The notes: generated by a model from the letters alone, not told the origin. 60,237 bases of DNA, filler included, from Hausera hauseri (GCA_046269625.1; 12 parts of 12 records of this genome joined end to end with filler, not necessarily neighbours in it), one strand, 5' to 3'. Positions 35,930 to 49,480 are shown, counted from the first letter of the whole stretch. Translations and numbers: made by a program.

Positions 35930-38900
35930 ATGCAAAACAAAAACGATGAACTAAATTTATTCATTTCAAACCATTATTCTGACATTCTGGCAGCATACCA
36001 GGTGTATATGTACAGCGCCATGCTCTACAGTGACTACATCTACATGCAGCAGTGCACTCTGCTCAACAAGTCCACCGACTACATATCAGACATCATCAGC
36101 CGTTTATCGGAATCACAAACCGTTCCATTGACAAAAGACAACACTACCAATTCCATATTCAGATGTGCTGCAACTCATCTGCTTTCAAATACATCAGCAC
36201 TACTCACCGACTTGACGGAAGTCGATTTTCATGACATTTATCGACACAGTAAGAATATTGTTGCATTGTTTCTTAAATCAAAAAATAATTTCTTTCTAAT
36301 TAGTGATTTAATGCGATCGGTAACTTTATTGCCATATATATCGAATACCTTGCATGATTTAAAGGGAGATTCGGATACCCACAACATCTTTCACTACAAA
36401 AATCGTCGAGCAGTTGCCGGACCCGGTTACGCAGGTTTGGCCACCCAGAGGTTGCCACGCCAGCGAGGTGGTGCCATGCGTCGGGTTGTCGCACCAATGC
36501 CGTCCGAGCGCCGGGCGTTTTTGCGTTACGCGCCACAATGCCAACCCGTCGCCCAGACCCTCTATCTTTACCGCCATTTTTTACTTAATAATAAAAGTAT
36601 ATACACTTACACATTGAAAGACACACTACACGAAACACGTATTTACCACCACCTTGCTAACCTTCTAGGCACTTCTAACTTTTCTTATCTTACAACGGTC
36701 TGATCATCCACAATTTTTACGATCTTCTCCTTTTCAGACACTTCCTTTCTCATTCAAATTAATTTCAAAATCCTTGGCGGCATGAACTCGCCACCTTCGA
36801 TCGACACCACTGAAAAACCAAAATCTATTCACATATTACGCTGCGCCGGTACAGTTACACCTCCAGGCCTCCCTTTCGGCCACCACTGTACTGATTTCTT
36901 TACCGCCAGTCAGAACCCAAGCCAAACTTGGCTTTAATTTCATCAGCTCTGGCTGCAATCTGCAAACATTACCGAATCTCTTCCAAAGGCCCATAGTCTC
37001 TTCTACTATCTACCAAATTCAATTAAAACTCGAATACCCAATCTTCTACAACTCTTCGAACATCCTGATTCTTACAAGGAGCTATACAACGCTGTTCTTA
37101 GGCTTACAGAGCCTTCTTTGGATTCTATTATTCAACGCTACTTCAATGAGAACACCCTAGGCAATCAAAAGCCCTCCGAATTTTTACAAATAGCTCTAAA
37201 TAACTTGAAATCACTCGAAGTAATACAGGAACACAACGCAAATCTTTTAAGACATTATTTTCTCCACGCTCTACCCTTACAAATTAGGGGTCCATTAACC
37301 GTGGTTGAAGAATCATTAGATCTTCACAAACTAACTGAGTTAGCTGACAAATCATGTGAATTATTGCAGATGCACACTCCCTCACTTATCTCTACTACCA
37401 TCACACTATATAACACACAAAAAATACACTGCAGGAACAAATAACTCAATTAAAAGCCGACAATAAAGCGCTGCTAGAAATCATCAACAGCATAAACACT
37501 AAATTAAACCAACTGTCTCTCACCACAAGATTTTCCTGGTGCCGCCCATTCTAATACATACCCACTGAGCAACAGACGATCGCCATCGCCCGTGCGATCG
37601 TCAATTTGTTATTACAATACCAGTTTTAAAAATAATGCACACTAATGTTGCATCGGGTGCAAATTTATTGAACCTAAATTTAAGTCAAACAGCACCATAT
37701 GCATCTACCATTCTAAATTCAACACTAAAGCCATAAAATGTTTACCAGGCTGCAACTTCAAAACAAATGAATCTAGGCAACCCTCAGCTAACAAACAACA
37801 TCAAACACAGCAAAAAACTACTAACGTCGCTAGAGCCATCGGCCATCTCTAGCGAAGGTACCGCTTTGCAAAATGACAGCCGAAACACAACATTTGCAGT
37901 TTTTACGTTGGAGGCAACTGTTGTTACTCCAATAAAACATAACATTAACTTCCTCATAGACACAGGAGCAGCTGTCTCTCTGCTTCCTCCTAGACATGAG
38001 GTACATAACAAAACACATTGACACAAAAAATTATTCACTGCATCAGGAGCAGAATTAAACATCTTCGGCACTACGAATATCACCTTTACATTACCACACA
38101 ACAAAAGCACATACAATTGGGCATTTACAGTCGCCAATGTCCAAACACCTATATTGGGATCAGACTTTCTGTCCCATTACCACCTACTGGTAGATTGCAA
38201 ACGCCGCTGCTTGATTAACTCAAACCAATTTGAACAACCTAATTCTGTGAATATCATTTCGACGACCGAACGGACGATCACTGGTTGTAAACCTGCTGTT
38301 AAATTATCACATTAATTTAAAGTATTATTATAATCATCCATTATTTAGAAACTACTATAATGCAGTTGACAAATATGATAATGCCAACTCTTTGACACCT
38401 TTCGCTAACAAAACCGCTCGCAACACGATTTTCAATTCCACAATATTGCACCAAATTCCATCTAGTCTTGATAGTACAACGTTTTCCCTAACTGAGGCTA
38501 AGCAAATCTCAACATCAGCATCACCGTCAACCATTTTATCATCACGTCCACTGGAGTTGCAATCCTATGTATCTTCTTCTTGCACTTGTTTGTTGCAGAA
38601 AGGCAAAGCTTTTAAACCAGTCATGCACACTTTCCATCATATTGTCACAGAACACGAGAGACCCATACGACAAAAACACAACCATTATCCCCACGTCGAA
38701 GACACGCAGTTGAAGCCGAATTTTCAGAACTACAATGCTTAGGCATCATCAGAAGATCTAAATCTTCATGGGCTTCGCCATTACATGTTGTCCCAAAAAA
38801 GGACGGATCTTTTCGCCATGCGCCGACTACAGGCAACTAAATCAGATCACATCCATGGACGCCTATTCTTTGCCTAGAATCAATGACATCTTACATAGAC

Positions 38901-39091
38901 TTCACGGCTTTACCATTTTTTCAAATATCGATTTCCATAAGGCATACCACCAAATCCCTGTAGCACCAGCGCACATTCCAAAAACGGCAGTAACAACTCC
39001 TTTTGGACTTTTTGAACATCTATACATGCCATTTGGCTTACGCAGTGCAGCCCAAACCTTTCAGAGGCATATAGACACCGTCCTCGCAGAC
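35930..39091 (+). mobile_element. Ty3/Gypsy Ubl-Gag lineage copy C (long N-terminal ORF-Ubl-gag-PR-RT), degraded
   Basis: Gag FHQLWLQS, GNQKPSEFL, ELADK; double knuckle ~37605-37755; protease FLIDTGAAVSLLP; RT DYRQLNQIT...YSLPRI, IDFHKAYHQIP, TTPFGLFEHLYMPFGLRSAAQTFQR. Confidence 0.95.
36575..36781 (+). other. Ubiquitin-like domain ending KILGG, fused to Gag Met (ATG 36782), frameshifted
   Basis: HFLLNNKSIYTY...LSYNGLII...SFLIQINFKILGG|MNSPPSIDTTEK; aligns with copies A and B across frameshifts. Confidence 0.75.
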
Positions 39092-39734
39092 NNNNNNNNN
39101 NNNNNNNNNNNNNNNNNNNNNNNNNNNNNNNNNNNTTAATTAATTAANNNNNNNNNNNNNNNNNNNNNNNNNNNNNNNNNNNNNNNNNNNNTAGGTCATA
39201 TTTCGGTGATTGCTGGAACGAACAAACGAAACTTCATGCAGGGAGCAAAGCCACGTATGGGAATGTTTCAAACTGCGTGATACTAGATCCAGTATTATAC
39301 ATTTCGTAGAATATTTCATTAATGTCAATACGAATGCAACAAGATATGTTTTATTTTAAAACTTGCCAAGAACTTAAAATAAATTTACCCTTAAAATGAA
39401 ATACAAGCAAAACGTAACCCTATCAAGTCAAGTCGCTGGCCAATGAAAACTCCTAATGAAAGGAATGATATGATCTACGCTGACGAATCTTGTCTCACGT
39501 GTTGTGCACGTGGACTTCAAGATTACTTTATAATGGTGACTTTGATGCTTGTTCGGTAAAGCAAAACAATGGGGGGCGACAGTGACAGCAAACAGAATTT
39601 GATTCTCTACAGATAATGTATACTCCGGGAGGGAAACAAACACAGTTGACAACGGTTCCATGGGAAAGTAGATCGCTTTGGTCAACGTACTGCACAAAAT
39701 CTAGAAATAGCACAATGTACTGGCATCACAAATC

Positions 39735-39985
39735 AAAAAATGAAGATGGAAATGGCTGGGACATCTACTGAGGTTGCAAAAAGCAAGCGCCCATAGCCCT
39801 AAAATGGAATCCAGCAGGAAAGAGAGCACAAGGGTGACCCAGAGAGACCTGGAGACAAACTACAGAGAACATAGTGAGACTGCAGAGACCTGGAGTGCAC
39901 TGAGCTGGTTTGCCCAGGACAGTTCTGGTTGGAGAAAGTTCATTGATGCCTTATACTTCAAGGAGAACTAGAACTAGAAGATTAA
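39735..39985 (+). mobile_element. RTE-clade LINE 3-prime fragment
   Basis: RWKWLGHLLR...ALKWNPAGKRAQG*PRETW...AQDSSGWRKFIDAL. Confidence 0.8.
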
Positions 39986-42311
39986 TAAAACAGGTGGCAG
40001 AAATGTCAGGGAAGTAGGTGCTGCCTTTGCTATAGCAAATCAGCAGACTGACCATGGAGGTGATGGCAGTGATGAAAGCTTTCATCTAGCTAGAGTCACG
40101 AAACTACACAAATATGTGTATACTGAGTGACTTACAAAGTATGATTGAGAAGGTTGAGGCAGGTTCACTAGGTGGTGATTGAAGTTACTGAAGAGGTTTA
40201 ACAATTGACAGTGACTTTTATTTTCATGCCTGGGCAATTAGTTGACCTACAATGAGGGATATTTTGAGGAGAGGATCAGAGCAGCTGTGAACATATCTGA
40301 AGTACAAAGAGAATAATCCACCTGACATAACATAAGATTTGACACTCAGTTTGTTAATCCACGTTTAAGTATGTTTTTCATGAACTTACATTAATTTTCA
40401 CCAAACCAGATTAATGAAAGTCTTAATGGTACAGACAATTTAAGCAGAAGAAATCAACCTGTTGACGACACTGACAGAATAAAATTAGAAAGCTTCAAAG
40501 TAGAACAGCTTGATCTATGTTGGGAAGTTGAAGGTAATGATAAAAAAATGTAAAAAATTTAGGCTAAAATAGCAATAATCTATTATTTAAATGTGTATTT
40601 CATTTCTACTGCATAAGAACACCGAGGGGATCTTTTGTGGTCCTCTGGATCTGAGATCCATCAGTTTAGTTTTATCTGTATTAAGGACAAGTTTTAAATT
40701 TAATAATCTTTACTATTGTTGATTTATGTGAAATATTAAAGTCACACATGCACATGAGATTCATATCTAAATGAGTGTACCTCGAACTCAATCAAAAGTG
40801 TTTTTACAATAGTTAAAGTAGCAGAACTTTATATACACATTTTTTAACACTTGGGTTTTATTTCGAACTGTTGAAATAGTCGACAGAGCTAGAACATGAT
40901 AGGAAAGTAAGAAATAACCAGAGACCTCTCGAACATCTTGACATTTTTATTACTTCCCACCATAGTTTGATTGATTTGCACAGGCTGCTGTATCAGGTCG
41001 CCTATTCTTTTATTTTGGCCTAATGTGAATGAGCAAGGTTTCTACCGAAATAAAATGGTTAAAAAAGATGCCGCTCAGTGTTCAACACAGTCAGAAGTGC
41101 GAGGGAAAGAAAACAGAAAAAAAAGGCACTCCGCATGATAAGAATATCTCTTCCAGGCAATCTCGAATTTCAGCATTGTTTGGTGACTGTCCATAAGATA
41201 GGGCGAGTTTGCGTACGGGACTATCCCAGTATTTGACCATCAGAAGGGGAAAAGCCTTTATATAACCAAGGGTTTTAATTATCAACCCTGGGGTGTTAAA
41301 AGTGTAACCAACTTTGTTGACTGATTGATATCACGAGAAAGAGGTTGCTCTGTTCTTTTCAGAGTGTGCAGGGGTGAATATAAGAAAGCTATCGGAAAGG
41401 GGGGATCACTACGGAACCCATTAGACGATACCGCTTACATGAATAGGGGCCATAAATGTTTGCGATAAACATTTATTTTTGTGTTTAAAACTGCTATTAG
41501 AATGCATATATTCCATTTAAAATTTTTATTAACAGGATCTGTGAAGTACAGTTGCCACATTTTATGAAAACCCTTGCAGTTCTTTGGAGATTTTATGTAA
41601 TATAACGTAACAAAACCTTTGTTGGATACCTGCTTAATTTGGAAATTGGATATCCAACTTCAACTGAATATTTTCTTTGAATAGTCAACGAAAATATTCA
41701 GTTAGACATTTTTTGAATCCACTCCCCTTTCTTGCATTCGATCTCCCTGCAGGTGATGAAAGTTATCACTTGTTAATTTAATTCCACTTATACACCATTA
41801 AAATAAAAATTTACATAATCCTTCCACTATCATTTACTTGAAAACAACATACTCATGCGTGCGCCTGATGGAAGGACATATGTTTTTCTGTATGGATGTT
41901 TTTTTTTTAATATTTAGAAAAGAAGTAAGAAAAGAAAACATTTTCAAATTAAAAAAAATAATAATACAAGTAATGATTCGATGTATTCAAGTTAACAAGT
42001 TTGCTTTTTCTTCTGTGTGTAATACAGAAATACGATTTCTTCTCTAATTTTTACACTGTAAGAAAAATTAAAGAAAAGTTTACAGGAATAAAATTTGTAA
42101 TATGATGTCGTAAAAATTTTGAATTCATAGACTATTTGCTATGGCTGTTTTTTATTGTTGGATTCAGTTTTTATTAATTGCTGTAGATTTTTTCAATTCT
42201 AACTATTCGGAAAAAAATCATAATCATTTTCAGATTTTAGTGTTTAATACATAAAATCAACAAAACTTTCTTTTTTCGAGTTCAACTGGATATTCCTTAT
42301 AATTTCTAAAA

Positions 42312-42385
42312 CAGGGGTCGTAAACTAGCGACCCATGGGCCGGATACGACCCGCCAAGGTGTCATATCCGGCCTGCGGCCTCCAT
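42312..42385 (+). mobile_element. hAT (Charlie/Buster-type) terminal sequence
   Basis: CAGGGGTC..AAACT..gacccatgggccggatacgacccgcc, preceded by the 8-mer ttctaaaa resembling the nTCTAnAn target; partner end not found. Confidence 0.6.
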
Positions 42386-44468
42386 TAGTCCTTTTCTGAA
42401 AATGAATACTTCTAACATATAGCGGGGCTTAAAATAGAAAAAAATCCAAACTGTTAAATGTTTTGTGCCAGTTATAAAGAAAAAGCAAAGCTTAATATGA
42501 ATATTTGCACCGTTTTTCTCTCGCCAAATATTGCCAGTACTAACCGGAACTTACTTGTTATGCAGCCATTTTTAAGCTATGTGACACAATGCGAATAGGT
42601 TAGAGATAAGTTAGAAATTATCCTTGTAATATGATAGTTTGTTAATAGAAAGTAATCGCAATAACTTATTTACTTTTTCTAACCATAAGAGTTTCTAAAT
42701 GTTAAAAGCAATACATCTCGGTCTACATAGCTGTTGTGTGTTAAAAAAGACCATAGTGCGGTACGCCAAACCAAATTTCAAACAAATCACATAACTATGA
42801 TTTTCAGTGATTAATTTTTAATCTCATTAAAATAAAATGCCAAAATCCACTGCTGCAAAAAGTTTGGGTTGATCTATTAAGAACAGTTACTTTTTTGTGA
42901 CAATTCAAATTTTGTTCGTAACATAGACGTTCTATAGTCGCCGTATAGTTATTTGAAAATAATGTAAATTTATGCAAAGAATGTTTATAAAAGGGATGTT
43001 TGAATTATCAATGAACATTTTGTCAAATATATAGGGAAGTTTATGAAGTAACCAGAAAAAATCGGGAGGGGAGCGGAGAATATAATTCTCTTCCGTTATC
43101 TACGTCCTTGTTTCTTGGGGATATTGGCAGACCATTCTGGAACAACCAGAGGTCAACAAAACTTTCAGAATATGACATTTGGATGTCTATAGGATGTTAA
43201 TACAATGAAGCTCGCCCATAACGAAATTGCATGTAGCGGAGATGCAAATCATGGAGACTTGTTTTCGATTCGCCTTGAATCTGCAATACTAAAATGCTAA
43301 ACTAACCTACTGTAACAAAACTGAAAATTTAGACATCAGCCTTAACGATTTTTTTTCCGCTTTTCGTTACTTCCGAAGTGATTACGTAGCACGTTTTGCT
43401 AACAGAATCGTAAGAAAGGGGATATGCTTAAAGTTATTTTTAGTTTCGACAATGACAGAACCTCCCCCCTCCCGACATTAAAATACTCAGAAAAAGAATC
43501 GATCCGTTGCGTACGTTTTTTACCTTCGGTGAGGAGGGTAGGCGGACAATGAAATTCTGATCAAATGGTCAGAATTTATTCTAGGAGCGGCGGTTAAAGT
43601 CACCCTTCTAACACTTATGTCAACTGCTTATGAGAAGTTCAATTGCATTTCGGTCACTTCCTCTTTTACATAGAATGATCCACATTACAATCCCTGGAGA
43701 GTTTCAGGACTCTTTTCTCATCATTTGAGATTTGCGATTCTTGCAGTGACACATCTCTGCCTCCAACTTCATTATGAATAATCTGAAGAGGAAATGCTGA
43801 ACTTTATAAACAAAATTCGAAATAATAATACTGAATGAAGAAAAAAATCCTGCGAAAAAAAAAATCGACATTATAGAATGTTTTGAAATTCGTCCCTTCA
43901 GGAAAGTAATAATTCTGTTTTCCTTTAGAGTATTAAAAATTAAGCATCACTGAATTCTATTATCATTTTTTTTTCTTCTCAATTAAAAAGGGGGAAAGTT
44001 GCTTTTTTGATTTCATATTAAGTTCCTAGAACATTGCGTTGTGATAAGTGATACTGAAATTTTTCTGGTATTTAATTTTGTAATTAGATTCAATTTTCGA
44101 TTGATCGGATATTACGAACATTTTTCTTGGTCTTCTCCTTGTTTGTTATAGGTGGGCAACTGTATATTTTCTCGGGATGACGTTACGAAGAGCCTATGAT
44201 CGAGCTTTTTTAACAGTTAATCTAGCTGTCAGGATCATACATTGTAATATGTATGTTATTCAGTCGTCAAAACGACGATTTTGAACCCCCCGCCCTGTCA
44301 TAAAAATTCTAAGATTATATCTATGGAATTGTCGCAGCAAGCGCCGAACGAATGGAATAATTGGCAGCTATTACCGGGGTTGGCGCCAAATGAAAAAACT
44401 CAGGTTGGCGCTGGGGGCGCCGACGTAAAAAAACGGGAAATATATGATTGGGGTATTTCACTCTTCAT

Positions 44469-44496
44469 CCGTGCAATGCCGGGTATGTTTTGTTAG
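44469..44496 (+). mobile_element. Helitron-like 3-prime terminus
   Basis: ccgtgcaatgccggg hairpin followed by a short spacer and (c>t)TAG|T. Confidence 0.5.
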
Positions 44497-44571
44497 TTGC
44501 TTGATAAAGTAAATGCAGCAATATATTTCCATCATGGAAATACGATTTATGTTCCTTTATATAGTTACAGA

Positions 44572-45096
44572 CATACCTCGGGTCGATTATGTAATCGCAA
44601 TAAGAAATTTGTGAAAAGCACGCACTCGTAATTTGACTTTTCTAATTGTATTCTAATTGTGACTGTAATCGGCTTTTGAAAATTAAAAAATTCTTAATCG
44701 TTATCCATTAATCACTTCAAATATATTACGTTATAGTCATTATAGTGGTAATCTGAACTTTATAAAGTTGTATAATTGAGCGTAATCGCAATCAGCACGA
44801 TGTCTGATTACAGAAATGCATAAAAATATATAATTATAAAGACAATTGGAGCATTATGTAATCGTAATCGTAATCATAATCGACATCAATGTAATCGTAA
44901 TCTGAAATTTCACCACTCCGTGTAATCGTAATCTAATCATAATCTGAAATTGCGAGACACGTGTAATCGTAATCGTAATCATAATCTAGTTTTTCTAGAG
45001 ACCTGTAATCGTAATCGTAATCATAATCAGCTTTTTAAATTTCAAAAAATCGTAATCGTAATCGATTACGTTCCTCTGTAATCGACTCGAGGTCTG
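44572..45096. mobile_element. Non-autonomous TIR element (MITE, hAT-like) with internal (GTAATC)n arrays
   Basis: catacctcgggtcgattat ... gtaatcgactcgaggtctg (16/19 inverted match); many GTAATC/ATAATC hexamers; no clear TSD. Confidence 0.75.
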
Positions 45097-46284
45097 GCGG
45101 AGAGTAAAATAGGAAGTCTACATCTCACGATTCACGAGAAAAAGTCATGAGACTGGCTGGAATATAAACACAACCACAGTGAGCATAAACACTGTCACTG
45201 GATATGAATAAATCTTTAGGCAAATACTGGTAAATGCACTGATATCTTCAGTTATTACACAAATAATGAACACTAAAAGGAAACGAAAGACATAATCCTA
45301 AAAGCTGCACAACTACGTTGACAACCTGGACAGCTGGGGTTGCTAACCGTAAACATGACAGTCAATAGGCTATACTGTTAGCAAACATTAGCTGCGAGGC
45401 TAGCTCAGAGAGTCATAAAAAAGCCTTTTCGCCTAACGCAGATCCTGCTTCAAGCCCCGTTGTTTATTTTTACTAAAAGCTGATTTTTCGGTCATACGTG
45501 TCACTTCAGAATAGTCAATACGCCAAGTCAGATCCATGTTGTTCAATAAGTTAGCCAGTGCTATTTAAATCTGCGGCAATGTACTCTTATCGAATTGTTT
45601 ATGGTATAAACAGTGAAACATATCTGTCTGATTTTGAAAATGAATTTTATCATAATATAAAGAAATGGCCGAATTTGTGTCCATTAAATAATAATCCATG
45701 TAAATAACGAAGATTTAGAACTAAAAGTTTGGTTATTGATTTTCAGTAAGCATTGAAAACCACACATTTTCAGTAAACACAAATTTAGAATAGACGATAA
45801 ACCTAACGTCTATTCATCATTATAATTATTATTTTCTGTATTATACTTAAATATTTAAAATATTTTTCATTATAAGAAGATTTTAAATGATTAATTAACA
45901 TACCAAAAGTTCTAATAAAGGTACTTGAAAATTTAAACTTATTTTGACTCACCCTTGACTCAGCTCATAAAAGGTGAGCAAAAGTTGCTAAAACAGTAAC
46001 TTTTCAAAGGCCATCATACAGGCCCCTAAAAATAAATTTTTGCTACAGCATAACAATTTAAAACAACATTCACCAACCTTTGGTTACTAAAAAAAATAAA
46101 CCATAAAACACAAACATTTAGAGCAGGTATAAAAACCTGCACCAAAATCATTTAACACGAAAAATTAACTTCAATCAAAAATGANNNNNNNNNNNNNNNN
46201 NNNNNNNNNNNNNNNNNNNNNNNNNNNNTTAATTAATTAANNNNNNNNNNNNNNNNNNNNNNNNNNNNNNNNNNNNNNNNNNNN

Positions 46285-46840
46285 AAGGACATGTACAAAA
46301 AACAATGGAAACACGTTCAAAGTCTTGCAGATGCCTTCTGGAAGCGATGGAGACAAGAATATATGTCGGTACTCCAACCGAGGAAAAAGTGGATCCATGA
46401 CAAGGACAATATTCAAGTAGGAGATATTGTTCTCCTCAGAGATGACTCAACTAAATGCAACGAATGGCCCACTGGACTCGTTATTAAAGGTCAGGAAAGT
46501 GGAAGTCAGAATTGTAAAGCAGGGGATCCCTAGAGTTTACCTCCGCCCAGTAACTCAACTTATTTTGTTACTTCCCCACAAAGGATGATCATACAGACTG
46601 CTGAGTAATATTAATAATAATAACAATGTGGTATGGGATATTCATACCAGGCGGGGAGTGTCTTGGTATAGTTAGGGATTAAGTGTATAAAAGACAAAGG
46701 TAGTTTTTTCCTAATGGTTTTCATACGCCCCCTTGTGGTGAAATTTATGTTTTTTAGAGGAAGGTTTTTGAGAAGCTCATTGTGATGAATTCAGACCAAA
46801 GTGCAGATGTCTCCATGGAGTCTTGGCCCACATAAGCCTT
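46285..46840 (+). mobile_element. BEL/Pao LTR retrotransposon 3-prime end: post-integrase domain, PPT and start of LTR
   Basis: WKHVQSLADAFWKRWRQEY...PRKKW...GDIVLL...WPTG, then YLRPVTQLILLLP; PPT aggcggggag followed by TG at 46659. Confidence 0.9.
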
Positions 46841-47117
46841 TAAAGCTTCGTTCCCATTGGTATCTACTCAGCCTGACTCGGTTCGACTCACCATGGTTCC
46901 ACGCTGTTTCCATTACACAGAACTTAAAGTACCGACACCATTTTTAGTACCTACTTCGTTGAGGTTCTAACCGGGCTGAGTAGGGACCAAATAAGACGTC
47001 AGAACCCAGTCTCTTCACTGATTGGTTAAGGGGCGGAGTCGCTCGTTGCGTCCAAGCCACACGCACCACAACAACTTGAGGCGCCATTTTTGTGTTTGCG
47101 AGCGAGGAAGCGACAAT

Positions 47118-48443
47118 ATGGCAGCGCAGAAATCAACTCCATGGTCTAATGCTGAGGTGCATGATTTTTTGTGCTTGGTGGCAGAGGAGAAAATACAGAG
47201 TGAGTTGGATGGATCTACTCGCAACGAGAAAGTATTCAAGGAAATCTCGGAGATGATGGCCACTCGTGGATATCTGAGGACGCCAAAGCAGTGTCGGGAA
47301 AAACTGAAAAAACTTAAATCCGATTATCGCACGATTAAAGACCACAACGGCAGGAGTGGTTCGAACCGTAAATCTTGCAAGTGGTTCGACCAAATGGAAG
47401 CTATTTACGGCCACCGACCTACCAACAACGGGAGGGAGATTGGCTTGGATACGGCCTCCTCACTGCTCGAGTCCTTGGTGGAAGATGGTGAGTTTGTTTT
47501 TTACCACAAGTTTATTTTTCTGTAATGTATTTTGGTGGGTCATGTTCAAAAAATGATTATATACAAAAGCAGAGACGCAGACGCCAGTGCTTATTGTTGT
47601 TGTAGGAATAGCATCTGTGCTAACTGTTAGCTACTCTTGTGTACTGCTTCGGTGGGCAAGTAAATAGTGCAGTGTTTTCTTTTTTTTTTTGTAGACTGTG
47701 CGTCGACTATGAACGACGAGCCGTCGTTTAATCTTGGTGTGGACCCTCCATGCTCCCCGGATCCTGTTGCTGAACCCTCGGCAGAATCAACGCCGGCCAG
47801 ACCACCGTCGAGGCCTAGCAGCACCACGCAGCCTGGCATTGGTAATATGGTTATAAAGTAGTGTAAATCCTTTTATTTGAGTGTTTTTTTAACTGTATGA
47901 CAAAAGCCAATATCCCACTCTAATATCATAATAAGGAAAAAATGTGACGATAGACATGTGGATTAATACATCAATAACAAACATGTTTATTTCACTGATG
48001 TTGGACAATTAAACCTTTTATGTGTTTCTCAAGGTTTAAAACCTGCACCCACATATGCAATTCCAGCAAATTCATGGTGTCTGCTTTGCACATCAATTGA
48101 AATTGTTCTTGCTATCTGTGTTTGGGCTTTAAACTTTTTAACGCCATTCTCGACCCCAGTTTTTTTAACCATGTGCAACCTCTTTTGTCAAGGAAGGAGA
48201 AAGCGGCATGCCAGTAAAGACTCTTCGTTGGTCTCGGCAGTGCAGACGGCGGATGACAGAAGCCATGGGCAGCGCGACCGACACCTTGAGTCACTTCTGG
48301 ATGAGGGACGACAGGCCAGAGAGCAAGAGGTGACCCTAAGGATGGAGGAGGCCACCATGATGCGAGAGTTGATGAGAGAGAATGCCGCATTTAACCAAGC
48401 TCTGCTTGAGGTGTTGGGGGACATGGCACGTTCACTGTCCTAG
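47118..48443 (+). CDS. Harbinger Myb/SANT (trihelix) DNA-binding protein, 3 exons (47118-47487, 47695-47841, 48193-48443)
   Basis: WSNAEV..FL...RNEKVFKEISEMM...GYLRTPKQCREKLKKLKSDY...WFDQMEAIYG. GT-AG introns of phase 1/1 join the three ORF pieces in frame. Confidence 0.9.
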
Positions 48444-49059
48444 AGGAACATGTAAATTGTAATGTGTGTATAACAGCAGACTTGATCTATTTTTTAATTG
48501 AATAAACATTTACTTTAACCATTGTTTCATTACTTCTGTGAATGTGGTGCAGTGTTATTAAAAGTTTTACAAGTGGACTTTAGCAGCTAATGTTAAACTG
48601 TGCATAAAGTGACATTCCCCATAATAAATTACACAGTACTCCATGTGGAAAAATCAAAGAAGTAAAGTAAGTCCAAAGGACGTGTTTGGTAAAACTATTA
48701 TTCAGAATAATGGAGAGAGAAGAAACTGAATTGATTTTAGATTAAGAATTTGTCCGTTTGAATGGGTTTTCCCAAAAAATCTGAGCTCTTGTTTTTTTTA
48801 AAGTTTGTCCAAACTTTTAATACGACAACGTAAACATGTATTCTACATTGGCATTCTGTTCTGCTTTGAATACATTTGCCAAAAGTCAATGTAGTTGGAC
48901 AAAGCAAAGTATGAAGGTGGAAAATGTCTACAAGCACATTTCATTATGTATTTAAGGTTATTGCAATATTTCATTTTGTTCATTAAGCTTGACACGACTG
49001 CTTTTCTGAACTATTGAAATCAGAATATAGTTAGCTGACTTACAATTTAATTTTTTTTA

Positions 49060-49480
49060 TCCATTTTTTCATTAGGTGGGTAACTGTAGTAACTATTAGT
49101 CATGGTTGTACTCCAACTACTGAATTTGTTGCAAATTAAAATAAAAATAGGCCACGTGAAAAAGATATTACCTTAGAAAGTAACTGCCGGACATAAAAGT
49201 ATTTTTTAAATTCTCCCTTTTTGTACCTTGTGTGGGCACATGTAATATTTATAATGGTTGCACTACAACAGTTCAGTAGCAAATTAAAACAAAAATAGAC
49301 CACATGAAAAAGACATTACTTTACCAAACATGGTATTATTCATATCAAAGTACTTTTTACCTCTCCTTTTTTACCCGGCACACGTAATAACTTTATTAGT
49401 CGTATTTGTACTCAAACTGCAGTTATGTTGTAAATTTAAAAGAAAAGTAGGCCACACTAAAAATGGTAGTACCAAAAAAA
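49060..49480. repeat. About three diverged ~150-bp tandem units between the Harbinger genes
   Basis: aaattaaaa...ataggccacgtgaaaaagatattac recurs near 49133, 49281 and 49432. Confidence 0.6.

Noticed and set aside
36458-36478. Second di-glycine RQRGG-AM upstream of the copy C Ubl
   Set aside because: No beta-grasp-like pattern precedes it, and it is not seen in copies A or B.
18430-36781. Apparent ubiquitin-system cluster (Ubl-Gag, USP32, RING)
   Set aside because: The parts are mostly on different contigs joined artificially. USP32 is a broken host pseudogene, so a linked conjugation system is not supported.
44855-45085. CRISPR-like or telomere-like repeat array
   Set aside because: Degenerate hexamer clusters within a TIR element; no constant repeat with unique spacers, no cas genes.
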